A DNA stretch of 64,000 bases, from the NCBI GenBank assembly GCA_964466295.1, contig CAYXRC010000001.1, forward strand, positions 146,640-210,639. The letters are read 5' to 3'. Origin of the DNA: an uncultured Ruminococcus sp. GTDB lineage: Bacteria > Bacillota > Clostridia > CAKSNL01 > HGM11501. Below the pieces are notes generated by a model. That model searched no databases. It was not told the origin of the DNA and was given only the letters and a program-made list of their open reading frames with translations. The translations under genes and the position numbers were made by a program. The first letter of the stretch is position 1, and each line of letters opens with the position of its first letter. Below, piece by piece: positions 1 through 10,022 of this stretch.

Positions 1-331
1 AATAAAGCTTCGCCCGGGAAGCAGAGAAGATATTAAAAAAGAGATGGCGGATTATGCCGAAAGACGGCGGGAAAAGCAGCCCTTGGATATGCCCAGCGCC
101 GGAAGCGTTTTTAAAAGACCCGAAGGCTATTTTGCCGGGGCGCTGATTGAGGGGGCAAACCTTAAGGGCGTATCCTTTGGCGGAGCTAAGGTGTCGGAAA
201 AGCATGCGGGATTTATCGTAAATACAGGTTCTGCTACGGCAAGCGACGTACTTAAGCTAATCGGATTTATAAAAGATAAGGTATATGAAAAGTACAAGGT
301 AGAGCTTGAAACGGAGATAAAGTTTATTTAG
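1..331 (+). CDS. murB: UDP-N-acetylenolpyruvoylglucosamine reductase MurB, C-terminal part (5' end outside window)
   Basis: Reading frame is open from the window start. The C-terminal MurB motifs GSVFKRP..GYFAG..IE..LKG..GGAKVS.KHAGFIVN..ATA are present. Confidence 0.75.
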   Translation, partial: IKLRPGSREDIKKEMADYAERRREKQPLDMPSAGSVFKRPEGYFAGALIEGANLKGVSFGGAKVSEKHAGFIVNTGSATASDVLKLIGFIKDKVYEKYKVELETEIKFI

Positions 332-341
332 GAGGAAGAGA

Positions 342-1199
342 ATGCGGTTTGTAATTGTGACGGGAATGAGCGGAGCCGGAAGAACACAGGCTTCCCACTG
401 TATGGAGGATATGGGCTATTACTGTATAGATAACCTGCCTCCCGTGCTGATAGACAAGTTTGCCGATATTTGCCGACATTCTCAAGGGAAGCTTGAAAAG
501 GTGGCTCTTGTAATGGATCTGCGAGGCGGATATCTTTTCGAGCAGCTTACAGATGAGCTTGATAACTTAAGGAAAAACGGATACGAATACGAAATACTGT
601 TTTTGGACGCAGGGGACGAAACCTTAATAAAAAGGTACAAGGAAACCAGAAGAAAGCACCCTCTTGCGGCTGAGGGCTCTATCTTGGAGGGCATAAAAAG
701 AGAACGTGAAATATTAAGCGGAATTAGGGCATCTGCGGACTATATAATAGACACGTCGGGCATGACTATCGGAAATTTGAAAAGGAAAATAACCGAGCTT
801 TTTTCCTTCGGCGAGGATGCGGAGAATTTTAACATAGATGTTGAATCCTTCGGCTTTAAATTCGGAATGGCCCTTGACGCCGATCTTGTTTTTGATGTGA
901 GATTTCTGCCGAATCCCTTTTATGTACCTGAGCTTAAGCATAAAACCGGCATGGATAAGGATGTTGCCGATTACGTATTCTCCGAGGAGGTAACCCACGA
1001 GTTTGTGACTAAGCTTTACGATATGATGGATTTTTTGGTGCCCCAGTATACGGAAGAGGGGAAAAATAATCTCGTTGTCGCCATAGGCTGTACGGGAGGA
1101 AAGCACAGAAGCGTTGCCATTGCGGAAAGCCTGGCTTGCCATCTTAGAGAAAAAAACGGACATGTTACGATTTCCCACAGGGATATCGACAAAAAATAG
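342..1199 (+). CDS. rapZ: RNase adapter protein RapZ (YvcJ), P-loop ATPase
   Basis: N-terminal Walker A motif VIVTGMSGAGRT. Length 285 aa and position before whiA are typical for YvcJ/RapZ. Confidence 0.85.
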   Translation: MRFVIVTGMSGAGRTQASHCMEDMGYYCIDNLPPVLIDKFADICRHSQGKLEKVALVMDLRGGYLFEQLTDELDNLRKNGYEYEILFLDAGDETLIKRYKETRRKHPLAAEGSILEGIKREREILSGIRASADYIIDTSGMTIGNLKRKITELFSFGEDAENFNIDVESFGFKFGMALDADLVFDVRFLPNPFYVPELKHKTGMDKDVADYVFSEEVTHEFVTKLYDMMDFLVPQYTEEGKNNLVVAIGCTGGKHRSVAIAESLACHLREKNGHVTISHRDIDKK

Positions 1200-1219
1200 T
1201 CCCTTTTTGAGAGGTAAAA

Positions 1220-2125
1220 ATGTCGTTTTCGGATAATATAAAGAAGGAAATACTTAAGGCGGACTGCAGAAATTCAAGCTGCAGCCTTGCTTTTATATCG
1301 GGTATTGCCGCTTTTACCATGAGCATAAAAAACGAAGCGGTTTCGTTTCTGACAGACGGCGAGGAAACAGCAAAGAGATTGTCCTATATGCTTAAAAAAA
1401 CTCTTAGCCTAAATGACGGAACACTTAGCCGCGCTAAAGTGGGGCGAGGAGGAAAGTGCTTTCTTTTAAGCTACAAGAAGGACGAGTCTTTTAAAATCTT
1501 AAAGGCACTGTCAGAAGAGAACAGCCCGGATAAGGAGTCTTTTAAGGTGGATACGGAAAGGTTTTCAGACACTGAAAGCCTAAGACGGTTTGCTATGGGC
1601 GCATACCTCGGCGGAGGCTTTACTGCCCAGCCGGAAAAGATTTACCATCTTGAATTTGCTTCAAAAAGGCAAGAGGCATTAGACGAGCTCGGACAGGTGT
1701 TTACCCGGTTCGGAGAGGTTCAAAAGCGAGTCGTACGCAAAAGCTTTCATGTAATGTATTTTAAAAACTATGATAGTATAGAAAATATCTTAAATATTTT
1801 AGGCGCACATAAAAGCATGATGGCGCTTGCCAATATAAAAATAGAAAAAGAAGAAAAAAATCTTATAAACAGGCAGATTAATTTCGAGGTTGCCAATATG
1901 CAGAAAACCAACAACGCCGCAACCGAGGAAATAATGGAAATTGAAAATATCATGTATACCGTAGGACTTGACGCACTGCCCGAGCCCCTTCAGGAAATGG
2001 CGCTTTTGAGGCTTGCCAATCCGGAGGAAAGCTTATCCGGTCTGAGCCGTCTTTCGGGTTTGAGCCGCTCGGGAGTTAACCACAGACTAAAGAAACTGTC
2101 AGAGATTGCGAGGAATCTTGAATGA
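1220..2125 (+). CDS. whiA: sporulation/cell-division regulator WhiA
   Basis: 301 aa. C-terminal HTH (GLSRSGVNHRLKKL) follows a LAGLIDADG-like domain. The stop overlaps the dnaE start (ATGA). Confidence 0.8.
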   Translation: MSFSDNIKKEILKADCRNSSCSLAFISGIAAFTMSIKNEAVSFLTDGEETAKRLSYMLKKTLSLNDGTLSRAKVGRGGKCFLLSYKKDESFKILKALSEENSPDKESFKVDTERFSDTESLRRFAMGAYLGGGFTAQPEKIYHLEFASKRQEALDELGQVFTRFGEVQKRVVRKSFHVMYFKNYDSIENILNILGAHKSMMALANIKIEKEEKNLINRQINFEVANMQKTNNAATEEIMEIENIMYTVGLDALPEPLQEMALLRLANPEESLSGLSRLSGLSRSGVNHRLKKLSEIARNLE

Positions 2126-5100
2126 GCTTTGTACATCTTCATTTACATACCGAATACAGCCTGCTTGACGGAGAATGTAATATAGAAAGGCTCCTTGACA
2201 GAGCAAAGGAGCTTGGCATGAAGCATATCGCCGTCACCGACCACGGGGCAATGTACGGCGTTATTGACTTTTATCAGGCGGCTAAGGACAGGGGAATTCA
2301 CCCCGTTATAGGCTGCGAGCTTTATACCGCGCCCAGAAGCCGTTTCGACAAGGTAAGCGGTATTGACAATAAATACTCTCATCTTGTGCTTCTGGCAAAA
2401 AATCAGACGGGATATAAAAATCTTATGTATCTTTCCTCTGTCGGCTTTACCGAGGGCTTTTATTATAAGCCGAGAGTGGACATGGAGGTTTTAAGAAGCC
2501 ACGGCGAGGGAATTATCGCTCTTACGGCGTGCTTGAGAGGGGAGATTCCCACACTGCTTTTGGCAGGAGAAGAGGAAAAGGCCCGGGAGCGCTTAAATGA
2601 GTTTAAGGAAATTTTCGGCGTCGAGAATGTATATATCGAGCTTCAGGATCACGGTATTCCCGAGGAAAGGGAGGTAGTGTCAAAGCTAATCTCCCTTGCG
2701 AAAAAAACAGGTACAAAAATGGTGTGCACCAACGACGTGCACTATATAAATAAAAGCGACGCAAAATATCAGGACGTACTTTTATGCATACAGACCGGGC
2801 GCACGGTGGACGAAGAAAACCGAATGAAGATGTACTCCGATGAATTTTACTTAAAATCCGACTCGGAAATGAGAGAGCTTTTTTCGTATATAGAAGAGGC
2901 TGTGGATAACACCGAGCGTGTGGCAGAGCAGTGCTCTGTTGAGTTTGACTTTTCAAAATCGCACCTTCCGAAATTTAACGTTCCGGACGGGAAAACGTCG
3001 GAGCAGTATTTAAGGGAGCTTTGCGAGCAGGGGCTTTATGAGCATTACGGAGAAAATTGCGATAAAATATATAAGGAAAGGCTTGACTATGAGCTTTCGG
3101 TTATTACCTCCATGGGCTATACCGATTATTTTCTTATTGTATGGGATTTTATCCGATTTGCAAGAAGCGAAAATATTATGGTCGGTCCGGGACGAGGAAG
3201 CGCCGCAGGAAGTATAGTCGCCTATACCCTTTATATTACAAAGGTTGACCCGATAAAATACAATCTCCTTTTTGAACGGTTTCTAAATTCGGAAAGAATA
3301 AGCATGCCGGATATAGATATTGACTTTTGCTATGAGCGCAGAGGCGAGGTAATAGATTACGTTAACAGAAAGTACGGCAACGACCATGTGTGCCAGATAA
3401 TAGCCTTCGGAACAATGGCCGCCCGAGGCGCAGTAAGGGACGTGGGCAGGGCTCTCGGTATGGAATATGCCGAGGTGGACGCCGTCGCAAAGATGATTCC
3501 GATGGAGCTTAAAATGACTATCCGTAAGGCTCTTGATGAAAACGGCGGAAACAACAAGCTTAATATGGCGTATAATGCAGACGGCAAGGTTAAAAAGCTT
3601 TTGGACACTGCCATGGCGCTTGAAGGGACGCCCCGTCATACCTCAACTCATGCGGCTGGCGTGGTAATCACCGACGAGCCTGTGTACGAGAGAGTTCCGC
3701 TCCAGCTTAACGACGACGTTATAACCACACAGTTTGCCATGGGCAATTTGGAAAAGCTCGGCGTCTTAAAGATGGACTTTTTGGGCTTAAGAACTCTTAC
3801 GGTTATAAGGGACGCATTGGAAAATATCAAAAAGACAAAAAATATATGCCTCGATATAGACAAAATCGACTATAATCTTCCCGAGGTTTATTCCATGATA
3901 GCCGGGGGTGACACGGTGGGAGTGTTCCAGCTTGAAAGCCGGGGAATGACCTCCTTCATGAAGGAGCTTTGTCCCGAGGGGATGGAGGATATAATCGCAG
4001 GAATCGCCCTTTACCGTCCCGGTCCTATGGATTTTATTCCCAGATATATTAAAAATAAAAAGAACGAGGGAGCGGTTACCTATAAAACTGAGCTTTTAAG
4101 ACCTATTTTGTCCATGACCTACGGATGTATAGTGTATCAGGAGCAGGTTATGCAGATAGTGCAGGAGCTTGGCGGCTACAGCTTAGGACGTGCCGATCTT
4201 GTAAGGCGAGCTATGAGCAAAAAGAAAATGGACGTCATGGAAAAGGAACGCAGAAACTTTATATACGGCTCCGAGGAGGAAAACGTGCCGGGCGCTTTAA
4301 AAAGAGGCGTGGATGAAAAAGCGGCCAGCGAGGTTTTTGACGAAATGATTGACTTTGCCAAATATGCGTTTAACAAATCTCACGCTACCGTCTATGCGCT
4401 TGTCGCTTATCAGACGGCATATCTTAAGCATTTTTACCCGGTGGAATTCATGGCGGCAATGCTTACGAGCGAGCAGGGGAACAGCGACAAGGTGACGTTT
4501 TACATAAGCTACTGTACGGAAATGGGGATAAAGGTGCTTCCGCCCGACATAAATAAAAGCAGTGATGTTTTTGAGGTTGAGGACGGGGGTATAAGGTTTT
4601 CTCTTGCGGCGATAAAAAATGTCGGACGGGGAATTGTAAAAAGCTCTGTCATGGAAAGAACGGAGGGCGGAGATTTTAAATCTCTTACCGATTTTTGCGT
4701 AAGAATGAAAAGCCGGGATCTTAATAAAAGAACGCTTGAGGGTCTTATAAAGTGCGGCGCCTTCGATTTTACCGGTGGGAACAGGATGCAGCTGCTTGCG
4801 TCCTACGAGGGAATTTTAAGCGGTGCGTCGAAGGATCAAAAAAATAATCTTGAGGGGCAGATGGATCTTTTTGCAAGCTCGGGGGAGGATGACAGAGAGG
4901 ACGTATTTTTGGATATAGCCGACTGCCCGGCAAAATTAAGGCTTGCAATGGAAAAGGAGTCTGCCGGAGTTTATATTACAGGACATCCGTTAGCCGAATA
5001 TGCAGACATAATTAAGAAAATGCAAGCGGTTCCGGCAGGCGTATTAAAAGACTGTGCCGAGCGGTTTTCCGAAGGGAACACGGGTGAAATTCAAGTTGGC

Positions 5101-5562
5101 GACGGAAAAGAGGTACTTGTCTGCGGTATAATTACCGAAAAGAAAGAAAAAATGACAAAGTCAGGTCAGATGATGGCGTTCTTGACCTTAGAGGACATGA
5201 CCGGCAGTGTGAGGGCAATAGTATTTCCCAAAGTCCTAAAGGAATGTGAAAACTTTATTTCGGAGGACGGTGTAGTCGCTTTAAGAGGAAGAGTAAACTA
5301 TAAAGACGACGGCACGGCGGAAATTATGGCAGAAAAAATAAAGGAGCTTTCGGATTTTTCCTCTCGGCAGGTCGTTGCCGAGGTATCGGATCTTTCCGTT
5401 TTGGATAAAATAAATCCCATAATAAAAAAACATGGCGGCGACTGTGATTTTTGGATAAAAACGGGCGATAGAATCGTTAAAACAGTATATAAAGTGGACG
5501 GCGGCGATAAATTAAAAAGAAGTCTTGAAGAATTTGGCATAGTTTTTCTTAAAAAAGCTTGA
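2122..5562 (+). CDS. dnaE: DNA polymerase III alpha subunit DnaE
   Basis: 1146 aa. N-terminal PHP domain HLHLHTEYSLLDG, then polymerase core and a C-terminal OB fold. Confidence 0.95.
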   Translation: MSFVHLHLHTEYSLLDGECNIERLLDRAKELGMKHIAVTDHGAMYGVIDFYQAAKDRGIHPVIGCELYTAPRSRFDKVSGIDNKYSHLVLLAKNQTGYKNLMYLSSVGFTEGFYYKPRVDMEVLRSHGEGIIALTACLRGEIPTLLLAGEEEKARERLNEFKEIFGVENVYIELQDHGIPEEREVVSKLISLAKKTGTKMVCTNDVHYINKSDAKYQDVLLCIQTGRTVDEENRMKMYSDEFYLKSDSEMRELFSYIEEAVDNTERVAEQCSVEFDFSKSHLPKFNVPDGKTSEQYLRELCEQGLYEHYGENCDKIYKERLDYELSVITSMGYTDYFLIVWDFIRFARSENIMVGPGRGSAAGSIVAYTLYITKVDPIKYNLLFERFLNSERISMPDIDIDFCYERRGEVIDYVNRKYGNDHVCQIIAFGTMAARGAVRDVGRALGMEYAEVDAVAKMIPMELKMTIRKALDENGGNNKLNMAYNADGKVKKLLDTAMALEGTPRHTSTHAAGVVITDEPVYERVPLQLNDDVITTQFAMGNLEKLGVLKMDFLGLRTLTVIRDALENIKKTKNICLDIDKIDYNLPEVYSMIAGGDTVGVFQLESRGMTSFMKELCPEGMEDIIAGIALYRPGPMDFIPRYIKNKKNEGAVTYKTELLRPILSMTYGCIVYQEQVMQIVQELGGYSLGRADLVRRAMSKKKMDVMEKERRNFIYGSEEENVPGALKRGVDEKAASEVFDEMIDFAKYAFNKSHATVYALVAYQTAYLKHFYPVEFMAAMLTSEQGNSDKVTFYISYCTEMGIKVLPPDINKSSDVFEVEDGGIRFSLAAIKNVGRGIVKSSVMERTEGGDFKSLTDFCVRMKSRDLNKRTLEGLIKCGAFDFTGGNRMQLLASYEGILSGASKDQKNNLEGQMDLFASSGEDDREDVFLDIADCPAKLRLAMEKESAGVYITGHPLAEYADIIKKMQAVPAGVLKDCAERFSEGNTGEIQVGDGKEVLVCGIITEKKEKMTKSGQMMAFLTLEDMTGSVRAIVFPKVLKECENFISEDGVVALRGRVNYKDDGTAEIMAEKIKELSDFSSRQVVAEVSDLSVLDKINPIIKKHGGDCDFWIKTGDRIVKTVYKVDGGDKLKRSLEEFGIVFLKKA

Positions 5563-5640
5563 TTTTTTCAGAAGTTTATTGTATAATATAAAACTGCAAT
5601 AGTAGTTATACAGTAAATCTGTATTGCGGAGGTGTAAGCT

Positions 5641-5838
5641 ATGTGGACCGTAATTTATATGGCTCAAAGCCCGGAAGCTGCCGAAAACATAAGAAAGCTT
5701 CTCCAGGAGGCTAAAATATTGGTCAGAATAAGACCGGTAACCAAGGCGGCCGAGGGTGAGGCTAATGCTTTTGAAATTTTAATTCCTCAGACAGAAAAGG
5801 ACGAGGCGCATAAGGTTATAATAGGAAGCGGATATTAA
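5641..5838 (+). CDS. small hypothetical protein (65 aa)
   Basis: ORF has a GGAGG-like RBS and is followed by a hairpin terminator. No recognisable motif. Confidence 0.35.
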   Translation: MWTVIYMAQSPEAAENIRKLLQEAKILVRIRPVTKAAEGEANAFEILIPQTEKDEAHKVIIGSGY

Positions 5839-5842
5839 GATA

Positions 5843-5880
5843 CGGTGAAACAGCATTGCCTGTTTCACCGTTTATTTTTT
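5843..5880 (+). terminator. Rho-independent terminator (cggtgaaacag / ctgtttcaccg stem followed by a T-run)
   Basis: Perfect 11-bp inverted repeat followed by tttatttttt. Confidence 0.6.
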
Positions 5881-5907
5881 AACAATCTAAATAAAAGAGG
5901 TAAAAAT

Positions 5908-7662
5908 ATGAAGATAAGAAAGACAAAAATTATATGCACCATAGGACCTTCAACAGATAATCCGGCTGTTCTTGAAGAAATGATAAAAAGCGGTATGGAC
6001 GTGGCGAGATTCAACTTTTCCCACGGAAGCTACGAAGACCATAAAATGCGTATGGACGAGGTTAAGGCGGTAAGGAAAAAGCTTAACAGATTTATCCCCA
6101 TAATGCTTGACACCAAGGGTCCTGAAATAAGAATAGGAAAATTTAAAAACGGAACAGTCAGTATAAAGGAAGGGCAGAAATTTATCCTTACTACCGAAGA
6201 AATCGAGGGCGATGAAACGAAGGTGTCGGTCAGCTATAAAAACCTTCCGGCTGAGGTTAAAAAGGGCGGCACGATTTTAATTGACGACGGACTTTTAAAG
6301 CTTGAAGCGGTAGAGCTTTTGCCGGACTCGATAGTTTGTATTGCCGACAACGACGCAGAGCTCGGAAGCAGAAAGGGAGTCAATCTGCCCGATTCGACAA
6401 TTAAAATGCCTTACGTCAGCGAAAAGGATAAAAACGACCTTATTTTCGGCATAGAACAGGGAGTAGACTTTATTGCCGCATCCTTTGTGAGAAGCGCTTA
6501 CGATGTGTTTGAAATAAGGAAAATTCTTGAGGACAACGGCGGAAAGAATATAAAAATAATTGCCAAAATAGAAAACCGTGACGGCGTTAGAAATATGGAC
6601 GACATATTAAAGGCAAGCGACGGCATCATGGTAGCCAGGGGCGATATGGGCGTGGAAATCCCCATGGAGGAGCTTCCCAGCATACAGAAAACCCTTATAA
6701 GAAAATGCTTCCTTATGGGTAAAATTGCAATCACAGCAACTCAGATGCTTGAGTCCATGATTGAAAAGCCCCGTCCCACAAGAGCGGAAATATCAGACGT
6801 TGCCAACGCCGTATACGACGGAACAAGCGCTACAATGCTAAGCGGAGAAAGCGCTGTGGGTGCATATCCTATCGAGGCGGTACGGGCTATGGCGAGAATT
6901 GCGCTGAAAACCGAAAGCTCCATAGACTACGGAAAAATATTAAAGGATGCGGATACGTCAAGAAGCGTCACGGGAGCGGTAAGCCATGCGGCGTGCACTA
7001 TGGCAGAGGACATGCAGGCGTCGGCAATAGTTACCGTAACAAAAAGCGGCTATACCGCAAGGATGATTTCAAAATACAGACCCGAATGTCCGATAATAGC
7101 GGCAGCGACAGACGAAAGGGTTGCACGTCAGCTTTCCATGAGCTGGGGAGTTATACCCGTAAAGGCGGAAAGCAAGGAAACAAGCGACGAGCTTTTCGAC
7201 CACGCCTTAGAGCTTTCGAGGGATACCGGAATAGTTTCAAGCGGCGACGTGGTAGTAATCACAGGCGGCGTGCCCTTGGGAATAAGCGGCACTACAAACG
7301 TGGTTAAGGTTGAAATTGTGGGACATGTGCTCTGCCAGGGCAACGGAGTAAATCATGCTTCGGCAAGCGGAACGCTGTGCGTTGCCGAAACTGCCGAGGA
7401 GGCAAAGGCCGCATTTAAGGAGGGGGATATTTTAGTTACAAAAGAAACCTCCAACGAAATGATGGATATATTAAAAAAATGCAGAGGCATAATTACAGAA
7501 GCGGACGGAAGCGCCTCCCATGCGGCGATAGTGGGAATGACTTTAGATATACCTGTTGTAACGGGAGTGAAGAACGCATCGCATATCTTAAAGACGGGAA
7601 CGGTAGTTACGGTAGACGGATACAGAGGAATAGTTTACAACGGAATAACCAAGGTTATATGA
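5908..7662 (+). CDS. pyk: pyruvate kinase with C-terminal PEP-utilizer (phosphohistidine) domain
   Basis: MKIRKTKIICTIGPS and the MVARGDMGVEIP motif are present. An extra C-terminal domain (...GSASHAAIVGM...) resembles the B. subtilis-type Pyk. RBS aaaagagg lies upstream of the ATG at 5908. Confidence 0.95.
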   Translation: MKIRKTKIICTIGPSTDNPAVLEEMIKSGMDVARFNFSHGSYEDHKMRMDEVKAVRKKLNRFIPIMLDTKGPEIRIGKFKNGTVSIKEGQKFILTTEEIEGDETKVSVSYKNLPAEVKKGGTILIDDGLLKLEAVELLPDSIVCIADNDAELGSRKGVNLPDSTIKMPYVSEKDKNDLIFGIEQGVDFIAASFVRSAYDVFEIRKILEDNGGKNIKIIAKIENRDGVRNMDDILKASDGIMVARGDMGVEIPMEELPSIQKTLIRKCFLMGKIAITATQMLESMIEKPRPTRAEISDVANAVYDGTSATMLSGESAVGAYPIEAVRAMARIALKTESSIDYGKILKDADTSRSVTGAVSHAACTMAEDMQASAIVTVTKSGYTARMISKYRPECPIIAAATDERVARQLSMSWGVIPVKAESKETSDELFDHALELSRDTGIVSSGDVVVITGGVPLGISGTTNVVKVEIVGHVLCQGNGVNHASASGTLCVAETAEEAKAAFKEGDILVTKETSNEMMDILKKCRGIITEADGSASHAAIVGMTLDIPVVTGVKNASHILKTGTVVTVDGYRGIVYNGITKVI

Positions 7663-7770
7663 TCCTTTTTAATAATTTGTTAAAAATTCGGCAAATGTAT
7701 AAAAAATACTTGATAAATCGACGCTTTAGTGCTAAAATATAAGAGGATTTTTTTGAAAGGAGAAAAAAAG

Positions 7771-8463
7771 ATGAACTATTCACAGGAAGTTGAAAACATG
7801 TGCGTCGTTAAAAAGGACGCATGCCATAAGCCCGCTCCCATTCCTCAGGAAGGACAGTGGACTAAGGCAAAGGAAATAAAGGATATTAACGGTCTTACTC
7901 ACGGAATAGGCTGGTGCGCTCCTCAGCAGGGTATGTGCAAGCTTACGTTAAACGTTAAAGAGGGCGTTATCCAGGAAGCTTTAATCGAAACCTGCGGATG
8001 CTCCGGTATGACTCATTCTGCCGCTATGGCAGGCGAGATACTTCCCGGAAAAACAATTTTGGAGGCGCTTAATTCAGACCTTGTGTGCGACGCAATTAAC
8101 ACAGCTATGAGAGAGCTCTTCCTTCAGATTGTATACGGAAGAACACAGACCGCATTCTCCGAGGGCGGACTTCCCATCGGCGCCGGACTTGAGGACTTAG
8201 GAAAGGGTCTTCGCAGTCAGGTAGGAACAATTTTCAGCACAAAGGCAAAGGGCGTAAGATACTTAGAGCTTGCAGAAGGATATATAACTAAGGTTGCCTT
8301 AGACAAGGACGACTGCGTTATCGGATATAAGTTTGTTCACTTAGGCAAGATGATGGATATGATCAAAAAGGGCATGAGCGCCGACGAGGCTTTGACCAAG
8401 GCTTCCGGTCAGTACGGACGTTTTGACGACGCCGCTAAGGTCATAGATCCCAGAGAAGAATAA
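7771..8463 (+). CDS. IscU/NifU-like Fe-S scaffold domain protein
   Basis: The ETCGCSGMTHSAAMAGEILPGKTILEA segment resembles the IscU core (GCGSAIASSS...GKTLEEA) and carries three Cys. Confidence 0.55.
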   Translation: MNYSQEVENMCVVKKDACHKPAPIPQEGQWTKAKEIKDINGLTHGIGWCAPQQGMCKLTLNVKEGVIQEALIETCGCSGMTHSAAMAGEILPGKTILEALNSDLVCDAINTAMRELFLQIVYGRTQTAFSEGGLPIGAGLEDLGKGLRSQVGTIFSTKAKGVRYLELAEGYITKVALDKDDCVIGYKFVHLGKMMDMIKKGMSADEALTKASGQYGRFDDAAKVIDPREE

Positions 8464-8477
8464 GGAGGATACTTAAA

Positions 8478-9479
8478 ATGGCTTTATTTGAAGGTTACGA
8501 AAGAAGAATTAAACAGATTAACGAAGCTTTGAATAAGTATTCTATAGCTTCGATTGAAGAGGCAAAGGCTGTATGCGACGAAAAGGGAATAGACGTTGCG
8601 GCAATCGTTAAAGGAATTCAGCCCATATGCTTTGAAAACGCCTGCTGGGCCTACACCGTAGGTGCGGCTATCGCAATAAAGAAGGGCGTTAAAACTGCCG
8701 CTGATGCGGCGAGAGCAATAGGAGAGGGACTTCAGTCATTCTGTATTCCCGGCTCTGTTGCTGACGACAGAAAGGTTGGCTTAGGACACGGAAATCTGGG
8801 CGCAATGCTTCTTTCAGAAGAAACAAAGTGCTTTGCTTTCCTTGCCGGACACGAGTCCTTTGCGGCGGCAGAGGGTGCAATCGGTATTGCAAGATCCGCA
8901 AACAAGGTAAGAAAAGACCCCTTAAGAGTTATACTTAACGGTCTTGGTAAGGACGCCGCTCAGATAATCTCCAGAATCAACGGCTTTACCTTCGTTGAAA
9001 CTGAGTTCGATTATTACACAGGCGAGCTTAAGATAGTAAGCGAAAAGGCATATTCCGACGGTGAGAGAGCTAAGGTACGCTGCTACGGCGCCGACGATGT
9101 AAGAGAGGGCGTTGCAATCATGCATAAGGAGGGCGTAGACGTTTCTATCACAGGTAACTCTACCAACCCCACAAGATTCCAGCATCCCGTTGCCGGAACC
9201 TATAAAAAAGAGTGCAACGAGCTTGGCAAGAAGTATTTCTCCGTTGCCTCCGGCGGCGGTACGGGAAGAACGCTTCATCCCGATAACATGGCGGCAGGTC
9301 CCGCTTCCTACGGTATGACCGATACTATGGGAAGAATGCACTCCGACGCACAGTTTGCAGGCTCCTCCTCCGTTCCGGCTCACGTTGAAATGATGGGCTT
9401 GATCGGTATGGGTAATAACCCCATGGTAGGCGCTACCGTTGCTGTTGCTGTTGCTGTTGACCAGGCTATGAATAAATAA
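8478..9479 (+). CDS. GGGtGRT-family protein (uncharacterised clostridial family)
   Basis: Contains the signature ASGGGTGRTLHP. It is translationally adjacent to the IscU-like gene. Confidence 0.65.
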   Translation: MALFEGYERRIKQINEALNKYSIASIEEAKAVCDEKGIDVAAIVKGIQPICFENACWAYTVGAAIAIKKGVKTAADAARAIGEGLQSFCIPGSVADDRKVGLGHGNLGAMLLSEETKCFAFLAGHESFAAAEGAIGIARSANKVRKDPLRVILNGLGKDAAQIISRINGFTFVETEFDYYTGELKIVSEKAYSDGERAKVRCYGADDVREGVAIMHKEGVDVSITGNSTNPTRFQHPVAGTYKKECNELGKKYFSVASGGGTGRTLHPDNMAAGPASYGMTDTMGRMHSDAQFAGSSSVPAHVEMMGLIGMGNNPMVGATVAVAVAVDQAMNK

Positions 9480-9540
9480 GGAATTACAAGGGTTTTGGAA
9501 CTTTTGAAATTTTCTTGAATTTAAAAATGTAAAACTTTTT

Positions 9541-9593
9541 AGTTGGACACATCATTTTGGGATTTTTACCCATGATGTGTCCAACTTTTTTTG
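9541..9593 (+). terminator. Rho-independent terminator downstream of the GGGtGRT gene
   Basis: Inverted repeat agttggacacatcat/atgatgtgtccaact followed by tttttt. Confidence 0.6.
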
Positions 9594-9615
9594 TTAATTT
9601 GAAAGGGATTTTACT

Positions 9616-9891
9616 ATGAAGAAATTGCAAATGTCTGAAACCAGAACAATCACATTTGAACAAGGTTGTAATATGTACCTTGACAACTGCCGACAACGTA
9701 ATTTGCGTGAGGGAACTATTAACCATTATAAACAGAGTTATACTCAATTTTATAAATACTTCAATCCGTCTTTGAAGTCTGGAAAACTGAATGTTTCAGA
9801 ACTTGCCAGAGTGTGCGATTTGAGTCGTACAACCGTCTATAAATATGTTTCTCTTTTGGAAAAATATATAAAATTTAAGTCAGACAATTAA
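9616..9891 (+). pseudogene. tyrosine-integrase N-terminal (core-binding/SAM-like) fragment fused to an HTH; degraded integrase remnant
   Basis: ITFEQGCNMYLDNCRQRNLREGTINHYKQSYTQFYKYF resembles a phage-integrase N-terminal domain. No catalytic domain is present. The downstream part looks like a resolvase/excisionase HTH (SRTTVYKYV). Confidence 0.4.
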
Positions 9892-10022
9892 CATTGATAT
9901 TTTATAATAATTGGTGTTAATTGTCTGACTTTATTTTTGTACTTTAATTTTATATTTGTTGAGGCTAGTCTATTGCAATAACAAAAAGAATAGAACGGGT
10001 TTTGTATCCTATGCTTGAAGAG

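Noticed and set aside
482-1178. Minus-strand ORFs (70 aa and 154 aa) overlapping rapZ
   Set aside because: They are antisense to a strongly supported gene, have no RBS and have low-complexity translations.
2143-5540. Multiple 60-120 aa antisense or out-of-frame ORFs inside dnaE
   Set aside because: Spurious ORFs within the 3.4-kb dnaE coding region. None has start-site support.
5845-5907. Upstream extension of pyk (MKQHCLFHRLFFNNLNKRGKN...) from the ORF track
   Set aside because: The extension spans a terminator hairpin and has no RBS. The ATG at 5908 has a strong RBS and yields the canonical Pyk N-terminus MKIRKTKIICTIGP.
6993-7307. Arg/Lys-rich 104-aa ORF (plus strand) inside pyk
   Set aside because: It is an out-of-frame ORF embedded entirely within the well-supported pyruvate kinase reading frame. 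Its composition is the typical artefact of an alternative frame in a GC-richer gene.
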